64,000 nt of DNA from Gemmatimonadales bacterium (GTDB taxonomy: Bacteria; Gemmatimonadota; Gemmatimonadetes; Gemmatimonadales; GWC2-71-9). Below are positions 56,064 through 64,000 of this stretch, one piece after another. The stretch spans positions 864,001 through 928,000 of the forward strand of contig JBBCJC010000005.1 in assembly GCA_037189525.1 (NCBI GenBank), in the 5' to 3' direction. The notes beneath the pieces are model-generated. The model did no database searches. It saw only the letters and a list, made by a program, of their open reading frames with translations, and was not told where the DNA came from. The translations under genes and the position numbers were made by a program. Numbering within the stretch: the stretch's first letter is position 1; each line of letters begins with the position of its first letter.

Positions 56064-58124
56064 TCAGGGCGTCGCGCCCGCCGACTGATCGCCGTACTTC
56101 TTGTACCAGCTCATCATGTACAGCTGAGTCCGCATGAAGTTGGACGGTTTGGACGACGTCCCATGCGCCTCGCCGTTGAAGCGCAGCAGCTCGGTCGGCA
56201 CTCCCAGCCGCTTCAGAGCGGAGAAGTACTCCTCCGACTGCGGCATGGGCGTCCGATCGTCGTTCTCGCCCGTCATGATCAGCGTCGGCGTCTTGACGTT
56301 GCCCACGTACATGAGCGGCGAGTGCTTGAGCCACGGCGCCGGATCTTCCCAGAACGGCTTGTCGAAGAAGTTGTCGATGAAGAGCGGCACGTCGGTGGTC
56401 CCGGTCATGCTGAGCCAGTTGGTCACCGGGCACCGCACGGCTGCCGCGGCAAAGCGAGTGGTCTGGCCGATGACCCAGCTCGACAGCACGCCGCCACCGC
56501 TACAGCCGCCCACGTACATCCGTTTGGTATCGACGTACCCCTTCTCGATCACGGCGTCCACACCGGCCATCAGATCGTCATAGTCGACGCTCGGATAGGC
56601 ACGCTCGATGGCGTTGCCGAACGCGGTCCCGTAGCCCGTGCTGCCTCGCGGATTGGTGTAGAGGACCACCATCCCGTTGGCCGCGAAGTTCTGGAACATG
56701 TAGTTGAACGCCACGTTGTACATGCCGTGCGGCCCGCCGTGGATCTCCATCGCGAGCGGATACTTCTTGCTCGGATCGAAGTTGGGCGGCTTGACGATCC
56801 ATCCGTGGACGCGTGCCCCGCCGCTCGAGTTGTACCAGATCTCCTCGACCTCGCCCAGCTTGATCTTGGCCAGCACGTCGGCGTTGACCTCGGTGAGACG
56901 GGTAATCTCGTTCGGCTTGGTGAGCGCAAAGCGGACAACGTCGCCCGGCTGGTGCGGTGAGCTCAGCGTCCCGACCGCAACTCCGTTCCGGGCAATCGAG
57001 GAGACGCCGAGCATGTGATTGCCGGACGTTACCTGCCGATAGCCACCACGGAGCGGCGTAAAGAAGAGCTGCGACGTTCCCTTGTCCTGCGCACCGTAGT
57101 AGACGCCACTCCCGTCCGTTGCCCAGGTGATCCCGCCGACGTCGCGATCGAGATCGCCCGACGCGAGCCGAGGATTGCTGCCGTCGATCCCCATGAAGTA
57201 GAGCTCGGCCGTCTTGTAGCTCTTCCGGGTCGAGTCATAGCCGGCGTACGCGATGGTCTTGCCATCCGGCGAGATCGAGGGGCTGCTCCAGGCGCCCGGC
57301 GTTTTAGTCAGGATGCGCAGGTTGCTCGTCGTCACATCGACGATCGCCAGCTGCGAGTTCCGGTAGTTGAAGTCCGCGTTCCCCTCGTAGAACCCCTCCA
57401 CCACGATCGACTTGCTGTCCGGCGTCCAGTCGTACCCCGCGCCGCCGAAGCCGAGCCGATCCATCCGCGCACCGAGATCGAACTCGCCCTTGGTGACCTG
57501 GCGAGCCGTGCCGCCGTCGGCCGGAACCACGAAGAGGTGCAGGTGCGCAAGCTGCATGAACCCGGCCCGATCCTGACGATAGTGGAGATCGGTGATCCGG
57601 CGCGGCGCCGGCGTCCACTTGGCTCCGGCGGGCGCGGCAGGCATGCTGATGCTCCAGGGACGCTCGTAGCGCACCAGACTGGTGAACGACAGCCATTTGC
57701 CGTCCGGTGACCAGGCCACGCTCCCGGGCGACTCCAGCAGCCGAGTCACCTGCGACACGGCGCCCTCGGCATCCATCCACCGCACGAAGATCTGCGCCTT
57801 CCCGTCCGCCTCGGCGACGTACGCGATCCGCGTCCCGTCGGGCGACCACCGCGGGCCGCCACCCTTGATCAGAAAGCGCTGCCGGGATCCGTCGGCATCC
57901 ATGATCCAGATGGCATTGTCCCAGCGATCTTCGATCGGATTGATCCAACGCCGGGTGAATACGATCTGGGTCCCGTCCGGCGAAAGCTGCGGATCGCCGA
58001 CCTGCTCCCAGTTGAGATAATGCTGCACCGTGAGCAGCGTGTCCGAGGGCACTTCTTGCGCGGTAGCTGCGGCCGCGCTCGCGACGAACGCGATCAACAC
58101 GCCCGCGCTGCGGAAACGACTCAT
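56064..58124 (-). CDS. S9C family peptidase
   Basis: SPDG repeats; IHGGPH, NPRGSTGYG, GCSGGG, DDRTP, EAHG. Confidence 0.92.
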   Translation of the reverse strand: MSRFRSAGVLIAFVASAAAATAQEVPSDTLLTVQHYLNWEQVGDPQLSPDGTQIVFTRRWINPIEDRWDNAIWIMDADGSRQRFLIKGGGPRWSPDGTRIAYVAEADGKAQIFVRWMDAEGAVSQVTRLLESPGSVAWSPDGKWLSFTSLVRYERPWSISMPAAPAGAKWTPAPRRITDLHYRQDRAGFMQLAHLHLFVVPADGGTARQVTKGEFDLGARMDRLGFGGAGYDWTPDSKSIVVEGFYEGNADFNYRNSQLAIVDVTTSNLRILTKTPGAWSSPSISPDGKTIAYAGYDSTRKSYKTAELYFMGIDGSNPRLASGDLDRDVGGITWATDGSGVYYGAQDKGTSQLFFTPLRGGYRQVTSGNHMLGVSSIARNGVAVGTLSSPHQPGDVVRFALTKPNEITRLTEVNADVLAKIKLGEVEEIWYNSSGGARVHGWIVKPPNFDPSKKYPLAMEIHGGPHGMYNVAFNYMFQNFAANGMVVLYTNPRGSTGYGTAFGNAIERAYPSVDYDDLMAGVDAVIEKGYVDTKRMYVGGCSGGGVLSSWVIGQTTRFAAAAVRCPVTNWLSMTGTTDVPLFIDNFFDKPFWEDPAPWLKHSPLMYVGNVKTPTLIMTGENDDRTPMPQSEEYFSALKRLGVPTELLRFNGEAHGTSSKPSNFMRTQLYMMSWYKKYGDQSAGATP

Positions 58125-58196
58125 ACCGTCCTCCAGAATATTGAACTGCGTTGGAACGGACTCCAGCTGTCCTTCTTACCTCTGCCCCGAGCCGGA

Positions 58197-60575
58197 TCAG
58201 GCCCCGTAGGGGATCCAGATATTCTTGACCTGCGTCGCCTCTCGAAGCAACTCGTCCGAAGGCGGCGCCAGTTCGAGCCAGTCGCGCGTCGGCACCCGAT
58301 CGACCCAGGTACGCTTGAGATTACCGGCCGACAGCCGCTCGACCTCGCCGGCCAGCTCCGCCGGACCGCAATGCCAGAATCCGTCGACATTGTCGTGCGC
58401 AGCCAGCACCGGAACGAGTTCGCCGGCACGTCCCGATACGATATTGACGATGCCACCCGGCAGATCGGAGGTGTCGAACAGCTGATAGCAATCGAGCGCG
58501 GCAAGCGGTGACCGCTCCGACGGAATGACCACGACGGCGTTACCCAGCGCGATGGCCGGCATCACCAGCGAGAGAAACCCGGCCAGGCTGGGCGCCTCGG
58601 GCGCCGCGATACCGATTACGCCCAGCGGCTCGACCATCGCGACCGTCACGCTTCGATAGGGCGTCCCGTGCACTCGACCGTCGTACTTGTCGGCCCACGC
58701 CGCCGCATGATAGATCCGGCGCAGCGCCACCTCGAGTTCGAGCTCGGCATCCGCCTCCGATACACCAACCGTCCGGATCAGTCCATGGGCCAGCTCGTCA
58801 CGCCGCTGATCGAGGTTCTCCCCAACGTAGTAGAGAATCTGAGCGCGCTGATGCCCCGAGAGCTTGGCCCACCCCGCTTGCGCCGCGCGTGCCGCCTCGA
58901 CGGCGTTCCGGATGTCCTTCCGGTTGCCGTGTCCTACTTGTCCGACCGGCCGGCCGTCAGGCCCCGCCACCTCGAGCGCGTACCCCGAATCGGGACGGGC
59001 CTGCTTGCCTCCAATGTACAGCTTATAAGTCCGGTCGATCGGCGGCAGCCCGCCCCTGGCCGCGGCACGCCCGCGCCGAACCCGAGGACGCTTGGCGCGT
59101 ACCAGTGAGCGCGGGGTTGCCTTGACGTACTCCCAGAGCCCCTCTTTCCCACCTTCTCGGCCAAAGCCGCTCTCGCGGTAGCCGCCGAAGCCGCTGGCCG
59201 CGTCGAACACATTGGTGCAGTTGATCCAGACCGTTCCGGCCTTGACCTGCGGCGCAATGTCGAGCGCGGTGTTGATGTTCTCGGTCCAGATGCTGGCGGC
59301 CAGGCCGTACGGCGTGTTGTTGGCGAGTTCGACGGCTTCAGCCGGGGTTCGGAACGTCATCATCACGACGACAGGCCCGAAGATCTCCACCTGCGCAATG
59401 GTTGACGCCGGCGCCACATCGGTGAACAGCGTGGGCGGATAGAAGAGGCCGTCCGTGGGACAAGACCAGCTGGGTTGCCACCGCGTTGCCCCTTCCCGCT
59501 CTCCCTGCTCGACCAAACTGCGAATCCGATCGAGCTGCGAGGGCGCTACGATGGCGCCGATGTCGACCGCTTTATCGAGCGGATTACCCACACGGAGCGT
59601 TTCCATCCGGGCGCGAAGTTTGTCGACCAGCCGAGCCGCGATCGGTTCCTGCGCAAGAATGCGCGATCCAGCGCAGCAGACCTGCCCCTGATTGAACCAG
59701 ATCGCATCGACGACGCCTTCGACCACGCTGTCGAGATCGGCGTCATCGAAAACGATGAACGGACTCTTCCCGCCCAGTTCGAGCGACAGCTTCTTCCCGG
59801 TCCCCGCCGTCGCAATCCGGATGGCGCGCCCCACCTCGGTCGAACCGGTAAAGGCGATCTTGTCCACGTCGAAATGCCGCACCAGCGCCTCGCCGGTGCG
59901 GCCGTCGCCGGTCACGATGTTGACGACTCCCGGCGGCAGTCCGATCGTCTGGCAGAGTTCACCGAACAGGAGACCCGTGAGAGGCGTGAACTCCGCGGGC
60001 TTGAGCACCACCGTGTTTCCCATCGCGAGCGCGGGCGCAATCTTCCACGCCAACATCAGCAGCGGAAAATTCCAGGGCACGATCTGCCCGACCACGCCGA
60101 CCGGACCATACCCGGGCAGTTCCTCCTGCATCAGCTCTGCCCAGCCGGCGTGGTGATAGAAATGCCGCGCCACCAGCGGCACATCGATATCGCGCGACTC
60201 GCGAATCGGCTTGCCGTTGTCGAGCGTTTCCAGCACCGCGAAGAGCCGGCTCTGCTTCTGCAGCTGCCGCGCGATGGCATAGAGGTACCGGGCGCGCCCA
60301 TGCCCGCCAAGCGCCTCCCAGGCCGGCTGCGCAGCCCGCGCGGCGCGGACGGCCCGATCCACATCCTCAGCCGACCCCTGGGTAACGCGGGCCACCTCGG
60401 CGCCGGTGGCGGGGCTCGTCGTGACGAAGAGGTCCGGCCCGGGCGCTTCCGACACGCCACCAATGACGTGCCCGAAGCGACGTTCGTGCCCGGCAAGCCA
60501 CGCCGTGACCTCGGCGGTCGACTCCGGGGCGGGACCCCAGTTCATCTCCTGGAACTCATCGCGAACCCGACTCAT
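58197..60575 (-). CDS. ALDH16-like aldehyde dehydrogenase with a second partial ALDH domain
   Basis: PWNFP, FTGS, ELGGK, GQVCCAG, then a second N-terminal-type ALDH domain (KLYIGGKQARPD...); 792 aa. Confidence 0.88.
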   Translation of the reverse strand: MSRVRDEFQEMNWGPAPESTAEVTAWLAGHERRFGHVIGGVSEAPGPDLFVTTSPATGAEVARVTQGSAEDVDRAVRAARAAQPAWEALGGHGRARYLYAIARQLQKQSRLFAVLETLDNGKPIRESRDIDVPLVARHFYHHAGWAELMQEELPGYGPVGVVGQIVPWNFPLLMLAWKIAPALAMGNTVVLKPAEFTPLTGLLFGELCQTIGLPPGVVNIVTGDGRTGEALVRHFDVDKIAFTGSTEVGRAIRIATAGTGKKLSLELGGKSPFIVFDDADLDSVVEGVVDAIWFNQGQVCCAGSRILAQEPIAARLVDKLRARMETLRVGNPLDKAVDIGAIVAPSQLDRIRSLVEQGEREGATRWQPSWSCPTDGLFYPPTLFTDVAPASTIAQVEIFGPVVVMMTFRTPAEAVELANNTPYGLAASIWTENINTALDIAPQVKAGTVWINCTNVFDAASGFGGYRESGFGREGGKEGLWEYVKATPRSLVRAKRPRVRRGRAAARGGLPPIDRTYKLYIGGKQARPDSGYALEVAGPDGRPVGQVGHGNRKDIRNAVEAARAAQAGWAKLSGHQRAQILYYVGENLDQRRDELAHGLIRTVGVSEADAELELEVALRRIYHAAAWADKYDGRVHGTPYRSVTVAMVEPLGVIGIAAPEAPSLAGFLSLVMPAIALGNAVVVIPSERSPLAALDCYQLFDTSDLPGGIVNIVSGRAGELVPVLAAHDNVDGFWHCGPAELAGEVERLSAGNLKRTWVDRVPTRDWLELAPPSDELLREATQVKNIWIPYGA

Positions 60576-60588
60576 GACGGCCTCTCCA

Positions 60589-61572
60589 TCACACCACCGG
60601 GTGGCGGTACGCGGCCGAGTATCGGCCGGTCACGTGGAACTCGAGCTGGCGTTCGATGTCGGCCAGCAAGGTACTGGCCCCGAACCGGAACAGGTCGGGG
60701 TGCAGGTACCGGTCGCCCAGTTCTTCTTTGATCATGGCGAGCCAGTCGAGCGCTTCCTTGGCCCGTCGGATCCCGCCCGCCGGTTTGAAGCCGACGATCT
60801 GACCGGTGCGCTCGCGGTAGCTGCGGATTGCGCGTGCCATCACGAGCCCGACCGGCAGCGTGGCGTTGACGGATTCTTTTCCGGTCGAGGTCTTGATGAA
60901 ATCGGCGCCGGCCATCATGCAGACCAGGCTGGCCCGGTAGACATCGCGGAGCGTGCCCAGATCGCCGGTGGCGAGAATGGTCTTGAGGTGGGCCGGCCCG
61001 CACGCCTCGCGGAAGGCGCGGACTTCGTCGTAGAGCGCATCCCAGCGGCCGCCCAGCACGTGGGCCCGGGTAACTACGATGTCGATTTCGCTCGCGCCGG
61101 CCGCTACCGAGGCGTGGATTTCGGCCAGACGGGTTTCGAAAGGCGAGAGCCCGGCCGGGAAACCGGTCGAGACGGCGGCCACCGGAATCCCGGAGCCGGC
61201 AAGCGCAGCAACCGCAGTCGGGACGAAGGCATGGTAGACGCAGACCGCGCCCACCGTGATCGACAGATCCTGCACACCGAGCGCTTCGAGCAGATCATCC
61301 CGAATCGGGCGCCTGGCTTTGGCGCAGAGGCGCCGCACCCGATCGGCGGTGTCGTCGCCCTGGAGGGTCGTCAGGTCCATCAGGGTCACGGCCCGGAGCA
61401 GCCAGCCCAACTGCCACTCCTTCTTGACCGACCGGCGGGCCGGGAGCGAGGCCGCCCGCCGCTCGACCGCGCTGCGATTGACGCGCGCATCCCGCACCCA
61501 GTCGAGTTCGAGGGGCGTACCCGGATTACGGGCAATGGGGGGTTCCGCGGCCGACCGTGGGCCGTGTGACAT
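60589..61572 (-). CDS. deoC: Deoxyribose-phosphate aldolase (long type)
   Basis: DLTTL, GFPAG, EIDIV, FIKTSTGK, KPAGGIR, RFGAS. Confidence 0.95.
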   Translation of the reverse strand: MSHGPRSAAEPPIARNPGTPLELDWVRDARVNRSAVERRAASLPARRSVKKEWQLGWLLRAVTLMDLTTLQGDDTADRVRRLCAKARRPIRDDLLEALGVQDLSITVGAVCVYHAFVPTAVAALAGSGIPVAAVSTGFPAGLSPFETRLAEIHASVAAGASEIDIVVTRAHVLGGRWDALYDEVRAFREACGPAHLKTILATGDLGTLRDVYRASLVCMMAGADFIKTSTGKESVNATLPVGLVMARAIRSYRERTGQIVGFKPAGGIRRAKEALDWLAMIKEELGDRYLHPDLFRFGASTLLADIERQLEFHVTGRYSAAYRHPVV

Positions 61573-61631
61573 GCAGAAACTCGGGCGAAGGACCGGCGTA
61601 ATTTAGCCGGCCCGTGCCCAAACGGCTCCCC

Positions 61632-63188
61632 TCAGCGACGGCGTCGCTCGACCACCCTCCGGAACGACGCCCGCTCGGCGGGGGTGAGACCGAACGAGGC
61701 GGTGGAAACCGTGCCGTCCGGTTCGGCGTCGAATCGGACGAACAGGTATGGCAGGAGCGTCCCCATCGAGCCGAGCAGATCCCACCGGAAGGTGTTCCCG
61801 TTCCAGTAGTCGAGACGGCCGGACCACTCACCCCGGGTGGCGATCAGGTGCCCTGCCTCCTCGCGGACCGTGAAGTCGCCGTACATCGCGTCCCGATACG
61901 CGCCAACGTAGCGGGCGGCCGGCGCGGGGGGATTGCCACCGACCCGGGTGCGTTCGAGGGCGCGGGCGCTCGAGTCCTGCATCGCGCGACCCCTCGCGGC
62001 CCGGGTGGCCGCCTCCGCCACCCAATCCCGCAGCGGGGCGCCCAGGTGCCGGTCGAAGACATAGCGCATCAGCGCCGTGGGAGCGACGGTACTCGCGACG
62101 TTGGTCAACACCACCACGCCCACCCGATGTTCGGGGAGCATCGCCACCATGGTCGTGGTGCCATCGGTGGCGCCGCCATGCTGCCAGAGCAGGGCGCCCC
62201 GGTAGTCCTCGACGAACCATCCCATCCCGTAGGTCCCGAAACGCTGCAGCGAGTCGACCTCATTCTCACCGAGCACGATGCTCTGGGGACGGTGCATTTC
62301 GGCCAGCGCCGCGCGACTCATCACTCGCTGCCCGGCAAAGGTGCCGTCGCCCAGCTGGAAGCGAAGCCACTGCGCCATGTCGCGCACGTTCGAGGTGATG
62401 GCGCCGGCCGGCGCGATCCGATCGGCAAACCAGAACTGCTTCCGGTACACGCTGTCGCCGAGCGGCGCGTGGCCCGACGCCAGGTTGGCAAGTCCTTCGA
62501 TCGTCGCCGGATTGACGATCGTCTCGGTCATCCCCAAGGGACGCAGAAGCCGCTGCCGTACCAACTCATCGTATCCCAGCCGGGACACCGCTCCTGCCGC
62601 CTCGCCGGCAGCCAGATACATGATGTTGGAGTAGCCCCAGTGGGCGCGGAGACCAAAGGTGGGCTCCAGATGACTCACCCGCTTGAGGATTTCTGCCCGC
62701 GAAATATTCCCGGCGCCGATCCAGATCAGGTCGCCGCGGGGCAACCCGGTTCGGTGGGACAGTACGTCGCGCAGGGTGACAGTGGCGGTCAGATAGGGAT
62801 CGTGCAGCTGGAATCCCGGCAGCAGACGCACCATCGGATCGTCCCAGCCCATCGCGCTGTCGGACACCATCACGGCGGCGGCCGCGGCGGTGAACGCCTT
62901 CCCGGTCGAGCCGAGCGAGAACAGGGTCCGCTCATCGACCGGCTCGGCGCCGCCAGCTACGCGGACGCCGAAGCCGCGACTGAAGACGACGGAGTCATTC
63001 CGAACCACCGCGATGGCAATGCCAGGAACGCGGAGCGCAGTCACGGCCGTACGCGCATAGGCATCGAGGCCGGCCAGCGGATCGCTCTGGCGCTGCGCAA
63101 TCGCATCGCCAACGCCACCTGCGCATATGGCAACCAGCGCTACTGCCGCGATCCGGTATCCCCAAACCCTGCTGATGTCGTGTCTCAT
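61632..63188 (-). CDS. Serine hydrolase with C-terminal DUF3471-like domain
   Basis: GSTGK, YSN, HGG; YVGAYRDAMYG. Confidence 0.88.
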   Translation of the reverse strand: MRHDISRVWGYRIAAVALVAICAGGVGDAIAQRQSDPLAGLDAYARTAVTALRVPGIAIAVVRNDSVVFSRGFGVRVAGGAEPVDERTLFSLGSTGKAFTAAAAAVMVSDSAMGWDDPMVRLLPGFQLHDPYLTATVTLRDVLSHRTGLPRGDLIWIGAGNISRAEILKRVSHLEPTFGLRAHWGYSNIMYLAAGEAAGAVSRLGYDELVRQRLLRPLGMTETIVNPATIEGLANLASGHAPLGDSVYRKQFWFADRIAPAGAITSNVRDMAQWLRFQLGDGTFAGQRVMSRAALAEMHRPQSIVLGENEVDSLQRFGTYGMGWFVEDYRGALLWQHGGATDGTTTMVAMLPEHRVGVVVLTNVASTVAPTALMRYVFDRHLGAPLRDWVAEAATRAARGRAMQDSSARALERTRVGGNPPAPAARYVGAYRDAMYGDFTVREEAGHLIATRGEWSGRLDYWNGNTFRWDLLGSMGTLLPYLFVRFDAEPDGTVSTASFGLTPAERASFRRVVERRRR

Positions 63189-63199
63189 ACGTGTCCTCT

Positions 63200-63853
63200 T
63201 CAAACTCGGACGGGTCGCGCAGAACGGGTCCGGCGCGGCATGGTCGATCGGGCGCCACCCAGCGCCCGGAGCAGGACCTCGTCGCCGGCGGAGCAAACAG
63301 CCAGGACGCGACAACGACCGCGCCCCTTGCGCAGGTAGGCATGCCCCATCGTGCTGTCGAGATAGGCCGAGTCGCCTCGGCGAAGGACGAACGGGGCGTA
63401 ATCGTCGGTGTGGACCTCGACGGCGCCCTCCAGCACGAAGACGAACTCCTCACCTTCGTGCCGGACCAGCGGACCGAACTCCTCCAGCGTGGAGGCGAGC
63501 GGGGTCCCGATCATCGGAACGAATCGCTTCCGGACCAGGTCGGTACTCAAGTACCAGTAGTCGTAGGCCGGGGTCAGCAACTGCTCGCCGCCACCCGCGC
63601 GGTTGATGCTCCGCCGGGCCGCGGGCGTCTCGCGAGTACCGGGGGCCGCAAAGAGATCCGCGATGTCGGCGCCGGCGCCGCGGGCGACCTGGAGCAGCTT
63701 GTCGTACGTCAGCGAGATCTTGCCCCGCTCGACTTTCGACAGGGTCGAGATAGACAAGCCGGTCCGTTCGCTCAACTGGGCCAGCGTCCACCCGTGCTCC
63801 GCGCGCAGGGCGCGGAGGGCCGCCCCGAGGCGCGGTTCAGTTGAATTTGCCAT
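63200..63853 (-). CDS. XRE-family HTH plus cupin transcriptional regulator
   Basis: WTLAQLSERTGLSISTLSKVERG; HEGEEFVFVLEG. Confidence 0.9.
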   Translation of the reverse strand: MANSTEPRLGAALRALRAEHGWTLAQLSERTGLSISTLSKVERGKISLTYDKLLQVARGAGADIADLFAAPGTRETPAARRSINRAGGGEQLLTPAYDYWYLSTDLVRKRFVPMIGTPLASTLEEFGPLVRHEGEEFVFVLEGAVEVHTDDYAPFVLRRGDSAYLDSTMGHAYLRKGRGRCRVLAVCSAGDEVLLRALGGARSTMPRRTRSARPVRV

Positions 63854-63862
63854 AATTTTCTT

Positions 63863-63895
63863 TTTTGGCCAAAATTTTCCTGTATTGCGCAATAC
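63863..63895. promoter_or_regulatory. Palindromic operator candidates upstream of the XRE regulator
   Basis: TTTTGGCCAAAA (63863-63874) and GTATTGCGCAATAC (63882-63895) in an AT-rich tract. Confidence 0.55.
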
Positions 63896-64000
63896 TAGCC
63901 CGGCCCGTTTCGCCGCGCCAGGGGAAACCAGCTTCATCGGCATCAGCACCATCGCATCCAACCTGAAACCGATTCATCCGGTCATCCGTTAGGAGCACGC

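Noticed and set aside
1..64000. CRISPR array, cas genes, IS transposases, prophage structural genes, rRNA
   Set aside because: None seen; the only long repeats are the TauE and pstB paralogs and the tRNA fragment.

Overview
High-GC bacterial chromosomal window. Gene content (peptidase-rich, TonB receptor, ADOP-type permease, Ser/Thr kinase) suggests Gemmatimonadota; this is inference. The core-like backbone comprises ffh-rpsP-rimM-trmD-rplS-rnhB, trmH/prepilin peptidase, thiD, a 5'-nucleotidase-add-PNP salvage run, a full Pho locus (arsR-phoB-phoR, porin, pstSCAB-B, phoU, ppx) with visible 11-bp-phased Pho-box-like repeats, deoC plus an ALDH16-like dehydrogenase, and many secreted hydrolases. 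Accessory or unusual parts: (1) a Ddl-like ATP-grasp ligase + four-zinc-ribbon zincin peptidase + small basic ORF unit closed by a terminator; (2) a stand-alone HTH+AP2-like DNA-binding gene; (3) a ~1.5-kb integrase-less islet at tRNA-Lys(TTT), bounded by an att-like duplication and carrying two orphan ORFs and vapBC; (4) a proline-racemase-family/SDR pair next to a highly structured intergenic element; (5) a decayed ABC permease adjoining an ArsR-RidA-dehydratase module and a second toxin-antitoxin pair. Family calls rest on motif recognition by eye; no database searches were run. No CRISPR array, transposase or integrase was seen.
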